Shown: positions 39,462 to 52,950, counted from the whole stretch's first letter. The stretch is 63,547 nucleotides of DNA, filler included, from Octopus bimaculoides (GCF_001194135.2; 7 parts of 5 records of this genome joined end to end with filler, not necessarily neighbours in it); one strand, 5' to 3'. Notes: generated by a model not told the origin, from the sequence alone. Made by a program: numbers and translations.

Positions 39462-40009
39462 AGAGAGCAGCGCACGCCATCAAAGTGAGACTGGTGTACA
39501 ATATACGACGCCCGATATACCCATCATAATTACCTGTCTGATAGGGGTACACCAGGCAGATGCATCACGAGACACATGCATCACAGCCATATATGCGCAA
39601 TATGGTGATTTCATATCGAGATAAACAGCGTAAGCCTATGCAGGTGGGGGCCCAGTTATAATTTTCATCAGATAGAGTAGCCCATCAAAAAGTCCCTAAA
39701 AGGGTTTTGTTTATGGTTGATGAATAAAACACCCATAGTTCCAGAGGTTAATTATTTAAACCCCACAAAATACCTCTCAACACATGGTTATGATGCTTCC
39801 CCACTACTTCTGCTCGTGATCAGAGATGCACATATCGTCAGCCACCAAAAGACATGCTAAGCCGGTTAAGGTCAAGCAACTTACAAGCAAATCTGTGGTA
39901 TTGTGCAGATTATTTGCTGTAGCCCATCTTTTACACTAATACACATGTCCATGATAAGGACTTCCAATTAGTCAAGATCAAAAGCCACCTGAGTCACTGC
40001 CTGGTATTG

Positions 40010-40010
<1 letters not shown>
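39462..40010. mobile_element. Microsatellite-embedded repeat, copy 2
   Basis: Homologous to 6457-7010; same orientation. Confidence 0.85.
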
Positions 40011-40057
<47 letters not shown>

Positions 40058-40069
40058 TATCATCATCAA

Positions 40070-40530
40070 TTCGGAGTACTTGGTGATGTTTTCAACCTCT
40101 TTACTCACAACATTCATGTCATTTGGTATAGCTGCATCAATGAACTGATAGTATTTCTAAATGATGTATCAATACCAGCAGATGACAACGTTTCCCTAAA
40201 AGAAATGGAAAAACTTTCAAAATACAAAGACCTGGAAATAGAGGTAACTCGAATGTGGAATCTAAAAACAGAAACAATTCCTATCATAGTATGTGCCTTA
40301 GGTATAATAAAAAAAATATTCAGACAAATACATAACAAAAACACCAGGACTTACAAATATATATAACATACAGAAAATTGTACTGCTGGGCACTGCACAC
40401 ATCCTACGCAAAACATTTCAATACAGTAACCATAAGAACATCACAGCAAACCACAGCACATGCCCGAGGCACACAGAGCTGCGCTCGGTAGTGAAGTGAA
40501 AGCACGTTATAAAAATAAAACTACTGAACA
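40070..40530 (+). mobile_element. R4/Dong-like RLE LINE 3' end with (AAT)n tail
   Basis: DVSIPADDNVSLKEMEKLSKYKDLEIEVTRMWNLKTETIPIIVCALG...LLGTAHILRK is the restriction-like endonuclease C-terminus. Confidence 0.85.
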
Positions 40531-40548
40531 ATAATAATAATAATAATA

Positions 40549-40595
<47 letters not shown>

Positions 40596-40648
40596 CATCA
40601 TCATCATCATCATCATCATCATTATCATCATCATCATCATCATCATCA

Positions 40649-40703
<55 letters not shown>

Positions 40704-40715
40704 CATCATCATCAT

Positions 40716-42215
40716 CTTTACACAGCTTCTAACGCTGGAGATATACCAGTGTCACTTGTTCACTACCAGTGAACTAAGCTAACATCCCTTATTTATCGAG
40801 CACCATCCGGAATATTCGAGCGGTTCCAAGCAGTGCTGTTTTCTGCAAGTGCTCCACTCTTATTGCAGCCCCCATTTGTCCCATGTACTTATCAAGATGT
40901 TTAACCACTGTTCCCAGGGCACCGACATTTTTATTGGTACTACTACCATCTTTTTCAGCAACCACACATCCTTAACATCCCAAACTAACCTGTTATATCT
41001 ATCTTTCTTCTTTATCGCATACTTTGTTGTCAACTGGAAATGCTATATCTGCGATCCAGCATCGTTTGCTTTCTTTCTCATTTAAAACGATTAATAGTTT
41101 CCTATTTTCTATCTTATGGTCGCACTGAATCATACAATCCCACGGGATCCTTGCATTATCATTTTCGATGATGCCTTCGGGTTTATGTTCGCTCCACTTT
41201 TTTGCTCTGTCAAGTCCATACTTGTTGCAAAGTGTCCAATGGACAATCCTTGCTATATTGTATTTCTGGGCTACTGGCGTACATTGACTGGTAATATGCC
41301 ATACGGTTACATCACTTTGTCCACAAATTCTCCCCTTATTACCTTCTGATATGTTGTCTCTTCTGTATTTGATCTATTGGTTCTTAATGCTTGCTCTTGG
41401 GGAGCACAGTTTAGAGCCTACGTCTCTGGTTTTAAATCACTTCTAGTCATCCATAGCCATCTTTTTACTCTATCTGTCTTCAGCATCCCTATGAAATTGT
41501 CCATGCATCCGTTTCTTTATTCACCTATTTTCAGATTCATTCATTCTTAATTGCTTGTAGTGTGCTTTATCTTTGCAATATTCCATCCTACACAAGACTA
41601 AGCTTACTTACAATAATAGTGTTTCTGTGGAATTATTTACCTACTATGCTATGTTGTTTTCTGCTGCTCTAATGCTGTGTTCGCATCCAATCAGTCCTCT
41701 CCCCCTTCTTTTTTGGTACATACAGGTTGTCTTTGTCATTTTATAGGTGGAGTATCCCATATCTAGTCAGCAACTTCCTTGTCTTTCTGTCTAAGCTGTT
41801 TAGTTCGTCTATTGTCCATGGTATTACTCCTGCTCTATATGTAAGGAGTGAAACTGTCCAAGTGTTGATAGCTTCAATCTTATTCCGTTCGTTTAATTTC
41901 GACTTAAGTACCAGTCTCAGTCTACGCAAGTACTCCACCTTAAATTTTTCTGCTTTTTCTTTCTCCATCAATTTATCCATTCCCAGTATACCCAAGTAGT
42001 TATAGCCCGTCTCTTCTATCTGCTTCATAACCTCCCCCGATCTATCACTAGCCCGTCCATAGATCTGATTTTGCCACTTTTCAAGACTAATACACCACAC
42101 TTTTTCAGTCCGAAATTCATGCTGATATCAGCTCTGAAAGTATACACCGTATCAGCGAGGGAACTGACTTGGGATTCATCTTTACTATAAAATTTAAGAT
42201 CCTCCATGAATAACA
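40716..42215 (-). mobile_element. R4/Dong-like RLE LINE fragment (RT to EN), degraded
   Basis: LFMEDLKFY (RT YxDD-equivalent), FGLKKCGVL, YNYLGIL, NKIEAINTW. Confidence 0.85.
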
Positions 42216-42246
42216 AGCCTCTGCATTCCTCCGATTATTATTATTG

Positions 42247-42615
42247 AGTAGGAGAGCAATGCATGCCATCAAAATGACACTGAGGTACTAATATAAGAAA
42301 CCCAATTTATCTATTATGACTAATAAGGGTACAACCATATATGCGCAATAGGCTGATCTCATACCAAGTGCATGACCATGCAAGGGGAGCCCAGTTAGAA
42401 TTTTCTGTAGGTGGAGCAGCACACCCTGCTCAAAAGGTCTCTAAATTATTTAAGAATGATGAACGAAACTCCTATGTTTCCATGTGTGAACTATTCAAAT
42501 CCCAAAGAATTCCTCTCAGCACATGGCTTTGACGTACCTCCACTACTCCTGCTCCTGATCATAGATGCACATCCAGTCAGTCATTAAGGAGCACTTCCTT
42601 AACTGGTTGGAAATG
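42247..42615. mobile_element. Microsatellite-embedded repeat, copy 3 (partial)
   Basis: Homologous to copy 1; same orientation. Confidence 0.75.
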
Positions 42616-42621
42616 TTATGT

Positions 42622-43085
42622 ACATGTTTGTCTTGGTATAACAAATGGGCTACAGCAAATATTCTGTTCAAAACCACAGATTTGTTTGTCACTTGCTTGA
42701 CCGTAACTAGTTGAGCATGTCCCTAACTGACTGACAATATGTGTATTAGCTCTGATCACATGTAGGAGTAGTGGGAGAACATTCCAGCTGTGTGTGGACA
42801 GGGATTGTTTGGGTTTCAATTGTTCATCTCTGGAAACATGGGTGTATCGTTAACGATCCTAAATAACCCTTATTCAAGGACCTTTTGAGTAGGATGGGCT
42901 AATTGACCTGAAGAAATATTTTAAATATTCTCACTGGGCCCCACCTGTAAAAATATGTGCTGTTTATCGTGATGTGAGATCACCATTTTGCAAGCACGTG
43001 GTTGTCATGCACGTGCTTGGTGTACCCTTATCAGATGCGTAGTCATGGTGGGTATATTGGGTTTCGTATATTTGTAGGCTAGTGT
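42622..43085. mobile_element. Microsatellite-embedded repeat, copy 4 (opposite orientation)
   Basis: Reverse complement of copy 1 (e.g. cccttattcaaggaccttttgag...ctgggccccacctg). Confidence 0.8.
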
Positions 43086-43160
43086 CATTGTTCGTTCACT
43101 CCATAATAATAATGATGATAATAATAAGAAGAAGAAATAATAATAATAATAATAATAATG

Positions 43161-43194
<34 letters not shown>

Positions 43195-43233
43195 TCCTTC
43201 TTCTTCTTCTTCTTCTTCTTCTTCTCCTTACTA

Positions 43234-43296
<63 letters not shown>

Positions 43297-43344
43297 TGTT
43301 TCCACAATACACTCAACAGATTCGACTATTGGAAAAGAAAAAAA

Positions 43345-44620
43345 ATCATAACATCAGGCTACAAACAACCTTCGATGCCAAGAACCCTTCTAAGTATCCT
43401 ACCTGCTCCTAAATAACACTGTTTTCTGAAGTTGTACTAAACTATGTTTTATGCCTATTTCCTCTAACCATCTGTTCAGATCTTTAGGGATAATTCCCAA
43501 TGCACCTATAACTACTGGGATACATGTATCCGTACTTTCTATAGTCTCTGTAATTCAATAGCTAGGTCCTGGTACTTTGCTATTATTTCTATACCTCTCA
43601 TATTCATGTTTTTATCATTTGGGACTGTAAAGTCTATTATCTGTCACTTTGTATTGCTTTTATCTACTACTACCAAATCAGGCGTTCTAGATTATATTAC
43701 TCTATCAGTCTGAATGTTGAAGCTCCACAGCATCTTGTATTTCTTACTTTCTAGTAATTTACTAGATTCGTGTTCATACCATTTATCAGTATGTTCAAAT
43801 CCTAGCTTTCTACGCAGCTCCCAATGGATTACTTTCCCTAAATTGTCAAGCCGTTTCTAGCATTCTTTCTGTGCCAGCATACTACATTCACTTACTATGT
43901 GAGTAACGCTTTCCTCTTTTGATTTGCATAATCTACATTGGAAATCTTCTTGATTTTTGTCTATCTTGGCTTTTATCCAATTAGTCCTTAATACTTGATC
44001 TTGTACAGCTATTAACAAACTTCCTCTCTCCCTCTTCAGTTTTCCTTTCTGCGAACATAACAATGTCTCACTACTAATATTTGCTACAACTATCGTTGGG
44101 AATCTAACATGCAACACCTTCTCTTGCCAGTCAGATAATTTCTGTTCTTTTTCTGGCTTTAACTTAGTATGGGTTTTTGGTTTCTCTGCGTCTTGCTGTG
44201 ACTCTAGTAGTTTTTAATAATCTTTATTCACTATTACCTACATAGAAGTCTATATATACTCTAGCTAACTCCACAAAGTCTTCTACTGATATTAACCCTC
44301 TTCCACCTTCCTTTCTAGGTAAGTGTAATCTTGCTACTCCTGCCCTTGGGTGGAGTCCTCATTAATATTGAATTCTTTCGCTAATTCAGTTTTTGTCCGA
44401 TCTACAAAAGCTGCTGAATATCTAAGTAATGATACTGCCCAAATATTTACAGCCTTCAGTAGATTCAGACCATTTGGCTTTGACTTCATTAGCTTCCGCG
44501 CCATTCTGATGTACTCCTTCTCAATTTTTGTTTTCGTTTCTGAGGTTACTACTCTGTCAGATTCTAGCACTTCTAGATACTTATAACAGCACTTCTAGAT
44601 ACTTATAACTCTCTCCTCCT
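43345..44620 (-). mobile_element. R4/Dong-like RLE LINE fragment
   Basis: AVNIWAVSLLRYSA, LLIAVQDQVLRTNW, CRLCKSKEESVTHIVSECSMLAQKE (CCHC), then RPDL-type EN. Confidence 0.85.
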
Positions 44621-45017
44621 TTAAATGTTTTTAATGCCATAGGTTTGCAATTTTCGTATAAAAATGTGTTTACATTTGTACGCACATGTTGCTGTAACGA
44701 TTCATCTGGGGAAAGCTATTTTTTGTAATTATATATACTCCATAAAAGCAAAATCTTTCAGTTTCCTGAAATGGCTAACATTTAGATATAGTTATCTTAC
44801 ATTGTAGTATTATTATTCCTTCGTAGCACAGTGTAAGTAAAAATGCACCGGTGTCTTTAGTCGTCTGTCAAGTCACAACAAGGACCTCAGACAGATAATA
44901 CTTTCCTTAAGATGTGCGCTGTGCCAAATAAGGCTGCCAGTTGCTTTAAGATGTCTTGAGGTTTCAATAGAATTGAGCCCAATGCTCCCATCACCAATGA
45001 TATCATCATCATCATCG

Positions 45018-45049
<32 letters not shown>

Positions 45050-45050
<1 letters not shown>

Positions 45051-45250
45051 AGGCGGCGAGCTAATAGAATCTTTAGCACACCGGGCGAAATGCTTAGCAG
45101 TATTTCGCCCGTCGCTTACGTTCTGTGTTCAAATTTCACCATGGTCGATTTTGCCTTTCATCCTTTCGGGATCGATAAGTAACAGTGAAAGACTGGTGTC
45201 GATGTAATTGAGGAGTCCCTTTCCTCAAAATTCAAACCTTGTGTTTTTAG
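45050..45250 (+). mobile_element. SINE family A
   Basis: aaggcggcgagct...gcctttcatcctttcgggatcgataa. Confidence 0.85.
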
Positions 45251-45255
45251 TTAAG

Positions 45256-45315
<60 letters not shown>

Positions 45316-45316
45316 G

Positions 45317-45790
45317 AGCTAGGGAGCAGTGCACGCCATCAAAATAACACTGGGGTAAAATATGCGAAGCTCAGTAAACCCATCGTGACCACCTGTCTGA
45401 TAAGGGTACACCAGGCATATGCATCTCAACCGTATGCGCATGACATAGTGAACTCATATCAAGATAAGCAGCGCATAATCTTGCAGTTGGGGCCCCAGTT
45501 AGAATTTTTTTCAGGTCGAGTAGCCCATCCTATTCAAAAGGTCCCTGAATAAGAGTTGTTTAAGGATGTTGAACAAAACACCAATGTTTCCACAGGTGAA
45601 TTATCCAAACCCCAAACAATTCCTCTCATCACATGGCTATGGTGCTCCCCAATTACTTCTGCTCATGATCAGAGAAGCACGTATCGTCAGCCACTAAAGG
45701 ACATGTTCAACTGGTTAAAGTCAAGCAACTGACAAGCAAATCTGCGGTATTGGGCAGAATATTTGCTGTAGCCCATCTTTTGTACCAAGA
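45317..45790. mobile_element. Microsatellite-embedded repeat, copy 5
   Basis: Homologous to copy 1; follows (ATT)n. Confidence 0.85.
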
Positions 45791-45819
45791 CAATTATTTA
45801 TTATTATTATTGTTGTTGT

Positions 45820-46030
45820 TGTTGTATTGTCTTTGCACTGCTTCTAACGCTGGAGATGTACTACGGTGTCAGATGTTCACTACCAGTGAACGAGTGTAAC
45901 ACCCTTACTTTTCGAGCGGTTCCAAGCAGTGCTGTTTTCTGGAAGAAATCCACCCTTATTTGTCCTATATACTTCTCAATATTTTTAGTCCATGTTCCCA
46001 GGGCTCCGACAATTATTATTGGTCAACATT
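45820..46030 (-). mobile_element. R4/Dong-like LINE 3' fragment
   Basis: Similar to 40716-40930 (cttctaacgctggagat...gcggttccaagcagtgctgttttctg). Confidence 0.7.
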
Positions 46031-46049
46031 TCCATCAGGACCTTCTGGG

Positions 46050-47162
46050 TAGAAACTACCTACTTCAGGATGGACACTGATATATATCGAGAAGAAGAAT
46101 GTTTAGCTATGGCTTCGCCACTATCACCGATAATAGCCAATATATACATGAATTACTTTGAGAATTTGACTTTAGGATCAACACCACTAAAACCAACCCT
46201 ATGGCTGCGATGTGTTGATGACACCTTCATACTCTAGCCCCACCAGAAAGTTATCTATGTACTGTTAATCATGTGAACTCAATAAAGCCATCCATACAGT
46301 TCACAATGGAAAAGGAAAAAGACTATCAGTTAGCATTCCTGAATGTATTAAAAACACGCACCAAGTATGGATTCAGGGCATCCGTATACCTCAAGCTGAC
46401 CTTCACTAGACGATACCTCAACTTCAATTCCCACTATCCATACAATGTAAAGAGAGGGATTGCTCAGTGCCTAAAACATCGAGCAACGAATATAAGTAGC
46501 GGTCATGATACACACCACGAAAAAATGATCAAGCTCAGTAACAATATATTAAGTATCAACAAACCAAAAACATACTATCGACTCCAATTATGAAGAAAAG
46601 AGAGGATGAACCAATAAACTGACCGCAGTCTGTCTACTCTATATGAAAGGCCTCTCCGAAAAAATGCAAAAGATATGCGGTCCACGTGACATCAGGACAG
46701 AAATCAAGAGTAATGCAGCACTTCGCAAATATCTAGTTCGAGTAAAACCACCAATAGAAGAGAATATGACCAAAGACTACGTGTACTCCACCCCATGCAG
46801 CTGTGGTAGGTTATACAAAAGTGAAACATGCCACCCCCTCAAAATAAGGGTAGACGAACATCGCAAAACTGTGGCACGGGGAGATATTGATAAATCGGAT
46901 ATAGCTGATCACGTATGGAAAAATGCTGTGGGTTGAAGTTAAAATAATAGAGAACACCACTGGAAAATACGAAGACTAAAAGAAGCAGAACATATGCTAG
47001 GACACAACAACCTCTTAAGCAGACCAAGAGCAGATATGAGTAGCATATGGGAACAGGTATTAAGGAAGGATAGGAAAATATTAGATCTATGAGCCCAAAC
47101 ATTCACTCCATATATGCCCACGGGCATATGGCATAGTGGTTAAGAGCGATTCCAGGCAGTGA

Positions 47163-47243
<81 letters not shown>

Positions 47244-47380
47244 TAATAATACCTTAGGAATGAGAACCCATGGAGGGAGAGTATATCAGCCGAAACGTTG
47301 TGTTAACAACAAAGAAGATGAAGACAAATATCCGTCCAATGTAAATAATGTACATAGTTCTTCATCTCTTAAATATAGAA
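46050..47380 (+). mobile_element. Penelope-like element (C-terminal GIY-YIG type), 5'-truncated, frameshifted, with 3' pLTR-like tail
   Basis: LAMASPLSPIIANIYM...WLRCVDDTF (RT), YLNFNSHYP, YVYSTPCSCGRLY...LKIRVDEH...SDIADHVW (GIY-YIG); tail contains cagccgaaacgtt. Confidence 0.88.
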
Positions 47381-47384
47381 CTGT

Positions 47385-47418
<34 letters not shown>

Positions 47419-47427
47419 CTATCATTA

Positions 47428-47985
47428 TTGAGTGAGAAAGCATTGCATGTCGTCAAAGAGACACTGGGATAAAATATACGAAGCTCAGTATGCCCATCTT
47501 GACTACCCGTCTGAGAAGGGTACACCAGGCACATGCATCACAACCATATGTGCACGACATGGTGATGTTATATCAAGATGAACAGCGCATGGCCTTGCAG
47601 ATGCAGTCCAGTTAAAATTTTCTTCAGGTTGAGTAGCCCATCCCGCTCAAAAGTACCCTGAGTAAGGGCTGTTTAAGGATGTTGAACGAAACACCCATGT
47701 TTCCAAATGTGAATTATCGAAACTCGAAACAATTCCTCTCAACACATGGCTCTGATTCTCTCCCGCTACTGCTCTTGATCAGAGAAGTACATATCGTCAG
47801 CCACAACGGGACATGCTCAACTGGTTAAGGTCAAATAGCTGACAGACAAATCTTTGGTATTGAGCAGAATATTTGCTATAGCCCATCTTTTATACAAAGT
47901 CAAAACATTCTACATGATAACACTTGCAATCAGTTAAGTTCAGAAGCCATGAGAGCCACTGTCTGGTACTGCATCAAGGCATTAT
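47428..47985. mobile_element. Microsatellite-embedded repeat, copy 6
   Basis: Homologous to copy 1; lies between (ATC)n and (ATT)/(AGT)n. Confidence 0.85.
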
Positions 47986-48000
47986 TATTATTATTATTAT

Positions 48001-48059
<59 letters not shown>

Positions 48060-48905
48060 TTTGAGAAGAACTCTCAGCTTATTTTACTGGGTATGATGGA
48101 AAGTTTCAGCTGTCTACAACCAGTAGACTAAAGTGACACTTGTTTACTGACCATACTTCAAGAACCCTGTGAAGTATTCTTGCAAGTTCCAAGCAATGTT
48201 CATTCTTTTTTTTTTCTATCTTTACCTTTGTAACAACATTTTGGAACCATGGTAGTAGTTGAATGCCAATAATTTCAAGTGTGGCAATCACTCGTGGCAT
48301 CACGTCTACTCTCCTTGTTTGTCACAACCTTCATATTTCCCAGTTCAAATCGTTATATTTGTTCAGTTTTCTTTCTCCTTTATATTTTATCTTGCTGTTA
48401 CCATGCCATGTTATGTCGATTGTCTTGCCTGTTAATTCTTTTTTATTCACAACAAAATGTCCGTTCTCCGATCTCTGGTTAGATGATCGCACTGAATCAT
48501 TGCATCCCACAGAATTTTGCAATCTTCATTCTCAGTTACCTTCTGGGAGTTTTATTCATACAACGCTTTTGCTCTTTGTAGGCCGTGATTTCCACAGAAA
48601 TCCCAATTGATCAATCTGGTCACATAGAAACGAAGTCTTTATATTCGTGTTGTGCTAATGTCGGGCATCTGCTAACGCTGTGCCATACCGTATCAACTCT
48701 CTCATCACACATTCTGCATTTGCCACTGTCGGTAGTGTTGTCGATTCTGCATTTAACATTGATTTTCCGTTACGCTCGTTCTTGTACTACGCATGTAAGT
48801 ACTTCTGTCTCTCTTCAGGTCACTCCTCCTCTTCCATAGCCACCGGTCTTCTGTATCTGTCCTGGCGTTTGAATATCTTGCAAACTGACCGTACATGTTT
48901 TTCTC
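48060..48905 (-). mobile_element. Decayed R4/Dong-like LINE 3' part
   Basis: VVNKKELTGKTIDI (EN core relic) and LELARILHRVLEV C-terminus. Confidence 0.6.
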
Positions 48906-48919
48906 CTTTCATGCTGTTT

Positions 48920-49210
48920 CATGCAGTGATTAGAGCAGCGGACTAGCGGTTGAGGATCGCGGTTTCGATTCCCAGACCGGGGGTTGTGTGTGATTATTGA
49001 GCGAAAACACCTAAAGCCCCACGATGCTCCGGCAGGGGGTGGTGGCGACCCCTGTTGTACTCTTTCGCCCCAACCTTCTCTCATTTTTTCTTCCTGTTTC
49101 ATGAGTAATGCTGCGATGGACTGGCGTCCCATCCAGTTGGAGGAGAACACATACGCCATAGAAACCGGGAAACCTGGCCCATGAGCCTGGCTAGGCTTTA
49201 AAAGGGCAAA
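48920..49210 (+). mobile_element. SINE family C head with a different 3' tail
   Basis: The first ~170 nt match the 24555-24940 family; the sequence diverges after cttcctgtttc. Confidence 0.75.
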
Positions 49211-49809
49211 ACAATGTATGCATGTATGTATGTATGTATGTATGTATGTATGTATGTATGTATAAATATATTTGTGCATATATATATATAGATATATTCA
49301 CACGATAGATGTTAAAACGCGTAATATAATTACATCAACTGGAAATGTTCGATGGAAGAGTGGCATGGACAGGTTCTATCTGAAAAAAAAACGATAATGG
49401 AGCTAGAATCTTGATATCAGTACAGGCAGCCTTCGAGTGTAGGGTAATCTCTCTCAGACAGTACCTCCTAATGAACAGTAGCAAAAATAAATACATTATC
49501 TTCATGCTTAAAATTTGAGACAACATCGTACGTGTTGAGAGTGAGCTCGTCAGCAGGAACTTTCTTCTTGATGACCTCCCATAAAACCCTAATAGTGCCG
49601 GACTAACATACCTCAATGAAGGCGTGGATGTGAAACGACCAACATAACCCCCACCACTACCACCACCAAAATATATATGCATGAGTATGTTTATCGAAAA
49701 CAGTAAGAAGAAGTAACCGATAATATAGATTATGTCATATTTTTGCGGAAGGCATCACACATCTGATTAGCAGTTATCCAAAATTGTTATCATGGTATTA
49801 CCTCCTATG

Positions 49810-50070
49810 CGACATGGCGTTGTCGTAAAAGCAATATAGAATGCCATCCATTAAATAGACTGCCCTGGCATAAATATAAAGTAACCCCTTGTTCTTGAAC
49901 ACGCACAGAAATACAAGCACAAGGAATATTACCATCAAAATATGAGTCCAGTGAAAGCATGGCAGACCGGATATTGTGGTTATGGACAGACAAGAAAAAA
50001 GTATGTACTCTCATAGAGGTCAGTGGTCCTAATGATGTGAATATCTCCTTGAAAGTCCAGGAACTTGAGG
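49810..50070 (+). mobile_element. RLE endonuclease LINE fragment
   Basis: KHGRPDIVVMDRQEK...IEVSGPNDVNISLK. Confidence 0.6.
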
Positions 50071-50077
50071 GAATTCA

Positions 50078-50375
50078 ACTAATGCCACCAAGTATATAGT
50101 CGAGACCTATCTCCCTCCGATTATTGCTTGTTACGATCCATGGCTCACTTTCTTCACCGACAAGGAGGAGGTGGAAGATCAGTGAATGAGTTTTTCGCTT
50201 CGAAGGATAAGAACTGGCAACCGCCTAGGATCAAAGAATTGGCAGAAAGGTCTCTTCAGACGACTTAACACAATGGCTTCTACCTTGAATGCCAGGCTGT
50301 TCTTGTTGTAACGTGATGAGCAGAACAAATAAGTTACCACCAAAAGATTGCAAAATTTTTTACTCAACATAATGT
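50078..50375 (+). mobile_element. Mariner (DD34D-type) 3' fragment with TIR relic
   Basis: SRDLSPSDYCLLRSMAHFL (decayed YSPDLAPSD), FFASKDKNW...IKELAER, ending caaaattttttactcaacataat. Confidence 0.75.
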
Positions 50376-50640
50376 ATACATATATGTACACACAAACACA
50401 CATACGCACACTATACATAAACACACACACACACACACACACACATACACACACACAGAATGATGGTAATGCACATACTTATGTATGTATGTATATAAGT
50501 ATGGAAGTATGTATGTATGTATGCATGTCATTCAGTTTATTTGTAGATTTCTTGCTAAAAGAGAAAGAACCGGTTTCTAACCTAGATCCAAAGTTCTTTC
50601 ATTGGAATTTCAACATCTACAACAGGGTATTTATGCATGG

Positions 50641-50673
<33 letters not shown>

Positions 50674-50789
50674 TGTATGTATGTATGTATGTATGTATGT
50701 ATGTTTGTATGTGCAGATTTGTATGTTTTATGTATGTATTCTCATGCATGGAGTTGCATATCTAGGCATGCTCATATATATTTAAATGA

Positions 50790-52950
50790 AAGACTTCTAG
50801 AAAGTTTTATAGATTTTTACAATTCCAGTGATAGATTAGATCTGTAGCCTTCGAATTAACTTTCTCCTCTTTGGTTTTGAGAAGCCTAATTTCTCAAGAT
50901 TGGAATTTAAGCCGTGTGTTACATATCCCAGGGCCCCATTAATTACAGGTATAAACCTAAACTTGTACTCTGGATAGAGTAACTGCAGATTTCTCAATAG
51001 TTCAGCATAGGTGTTCTCTTTTTCACTAATCTTCAGCTTTATGTTAACATCCGCTGGGCAGCTAATTTCCACAACTGTGCACAGTTTCTCTTCTCTATCC
51101 CAAATCGTTATATCAGGTCTGTTGTGATTACATTTTATTGAGGTCTTCACTGGTACATTCCACCAGTATTCCTTTTCTGTATTGTGGGTTTTTATTTCGT
51201 TGTCCTTCCGACGGATTTCATTATAGAATGTCCTAGCTACAACGTCATGTCTCATCGGTAGATAATACCGTGATGACATTTTCGGACAACTTCTTATGAT
51301 GTGGGTGATATCTTCAGTGTGAACTCCACAAAGTCTGTATCGGTTGTCACATTTTACGGCTCTTCCATTGTAAGGTATATTTGTAAGGTGCCATTGTAAT
51401 GTATATTTTTAGCCACCTCTAGATACCTGTAACATTCCTTATCAGATACAGGGGAAACAGTCAAATCATTAATGGAGATGTTATTAATCTGGTTCATAGT
51501 TTTCCCCTTTTCATAACCATATAACAACATTTATCCTGACCAAACTCCAAAAGTCTCCAAAACTCCACAAATCTACATCGCCTCTCATATTTTATGGTTT
51601 TTCCTCTACCTCTATCCATTTTGCGCATCAGGAACTTGGTTGATATTTCCTGTTCCTAGATTGTATATGCATACCCCACGTCAAAGTGGAAGGTAGTAAT
51701 CCGGCTATTGGTCCATGATAAACTGCTTTGATGATCGATGTTACTATCATCACGGGACTTTCTATTGACATAGCCATGCATAGTCTTCTGCTCACATATG
51801 CTCATCCTTTCATCTGATGATACGTTTAAGGTAGAGTCGTGCAACTTCTTTGGGCATATATTCTACGTTTCAGACAAAGAGTGTTGCTCAAGGAGCTGCC
51901 TTCCAAGTCTTATGATGTTATCAGCCTCACGTATGCAAACTTGGTCAAGGGATGCACTTCGACACTTGGTGGTTAAAAGATGTTGCCGAAGAGATATGAT
52001 GTGACTTTCAAAGGCATTTTGGATTGATGTTAAGCCTTTCCCGACTTGTTTTTGTTTTAGTTAGAGACGGTCTACGTCATTGTTTATGTGGGAATTATGT
52101 GTGTTAGTTAGTATTTTTCGGGTTTACACGTCAATAGCTCGGATTTCATCAAGCGTCCAATCAAACAGCCTAAATGTTGGTATAAGTATTGGCACTGCAA
52201 ACACTTTGTGGACCATGAATGCAAAGAGTTCAGAGGTCCAAATTTTCTTTATTCGGCTGTAATATTCTTTAGTGGCACGTGTTTTATTACAGGTGATATT
52301 GTAAGACATAATTTCATCCACCCCTAGATACCTGTAACATTCCTCGTCAGATACAGGGGAAATAATAAAATCATTGATGAAGATGTTACTTGTCTGGTAT
52401 ATAGTTTTCCCTTTTTCACAACCATGTAACAACATTTATCCTGACCAAACTCAAACTCTACATCTTTTGAGGAAGTTGAAACTTGGTCAAGGCTCTTTTT
52501 CATCTCATGTATATTCTTTGCATAAAGTTTTAAGTCATCCACAAAGAAACAATGTGTAATTTTGGTATTTCCGTTTCCTTGTGAACCAGTGAGATAACCT
52601 TCAGACTTCCTTAACACGAATGACATGTAGTTTACAGAAAGTATAAACAACATCACAGAGAGGCTGTCACCTTGGAATATGCCTTTGTGACACTACTCTA
52701 TCGGTGATAATAATCATTCTTTGTGTTTAACTTCAAGATGGTGGCGTACCATCAAGTCAGGTCAGCTATGGCTTTGACTATTCTCACTGGAACTTTAGCA
52801 AGTTGAAGAAGGGCTTCTAGCATCCATGAGTCAAAAATCCTACGTCCTTGCTGGACCTGAAAGAAAAAGCAGAATAACTCAAACCGTAACCTATCAACTT
52901 GAAATGTAAAGCCAGACTGAATATTGTACACTGCCTTCACAGCAAATAAG
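50790..52950 (-). mobile_element. R4/Dong-like RLE LINE, 5'-truncated, frameshifted
   Basis: GIFQGDSLS, THCFFVDDLKLY, FGQDKC, YRYLGV, RHDVVAR, NRPDITIWD...VEISCP, IPVINGALG. Confidence 0.88.

Noticed and set aside
44566-44610. 22-bp tandem duplication agcacttctagatacttataac
   Set aside because: Ordinary local duplication inside a dead LINE.
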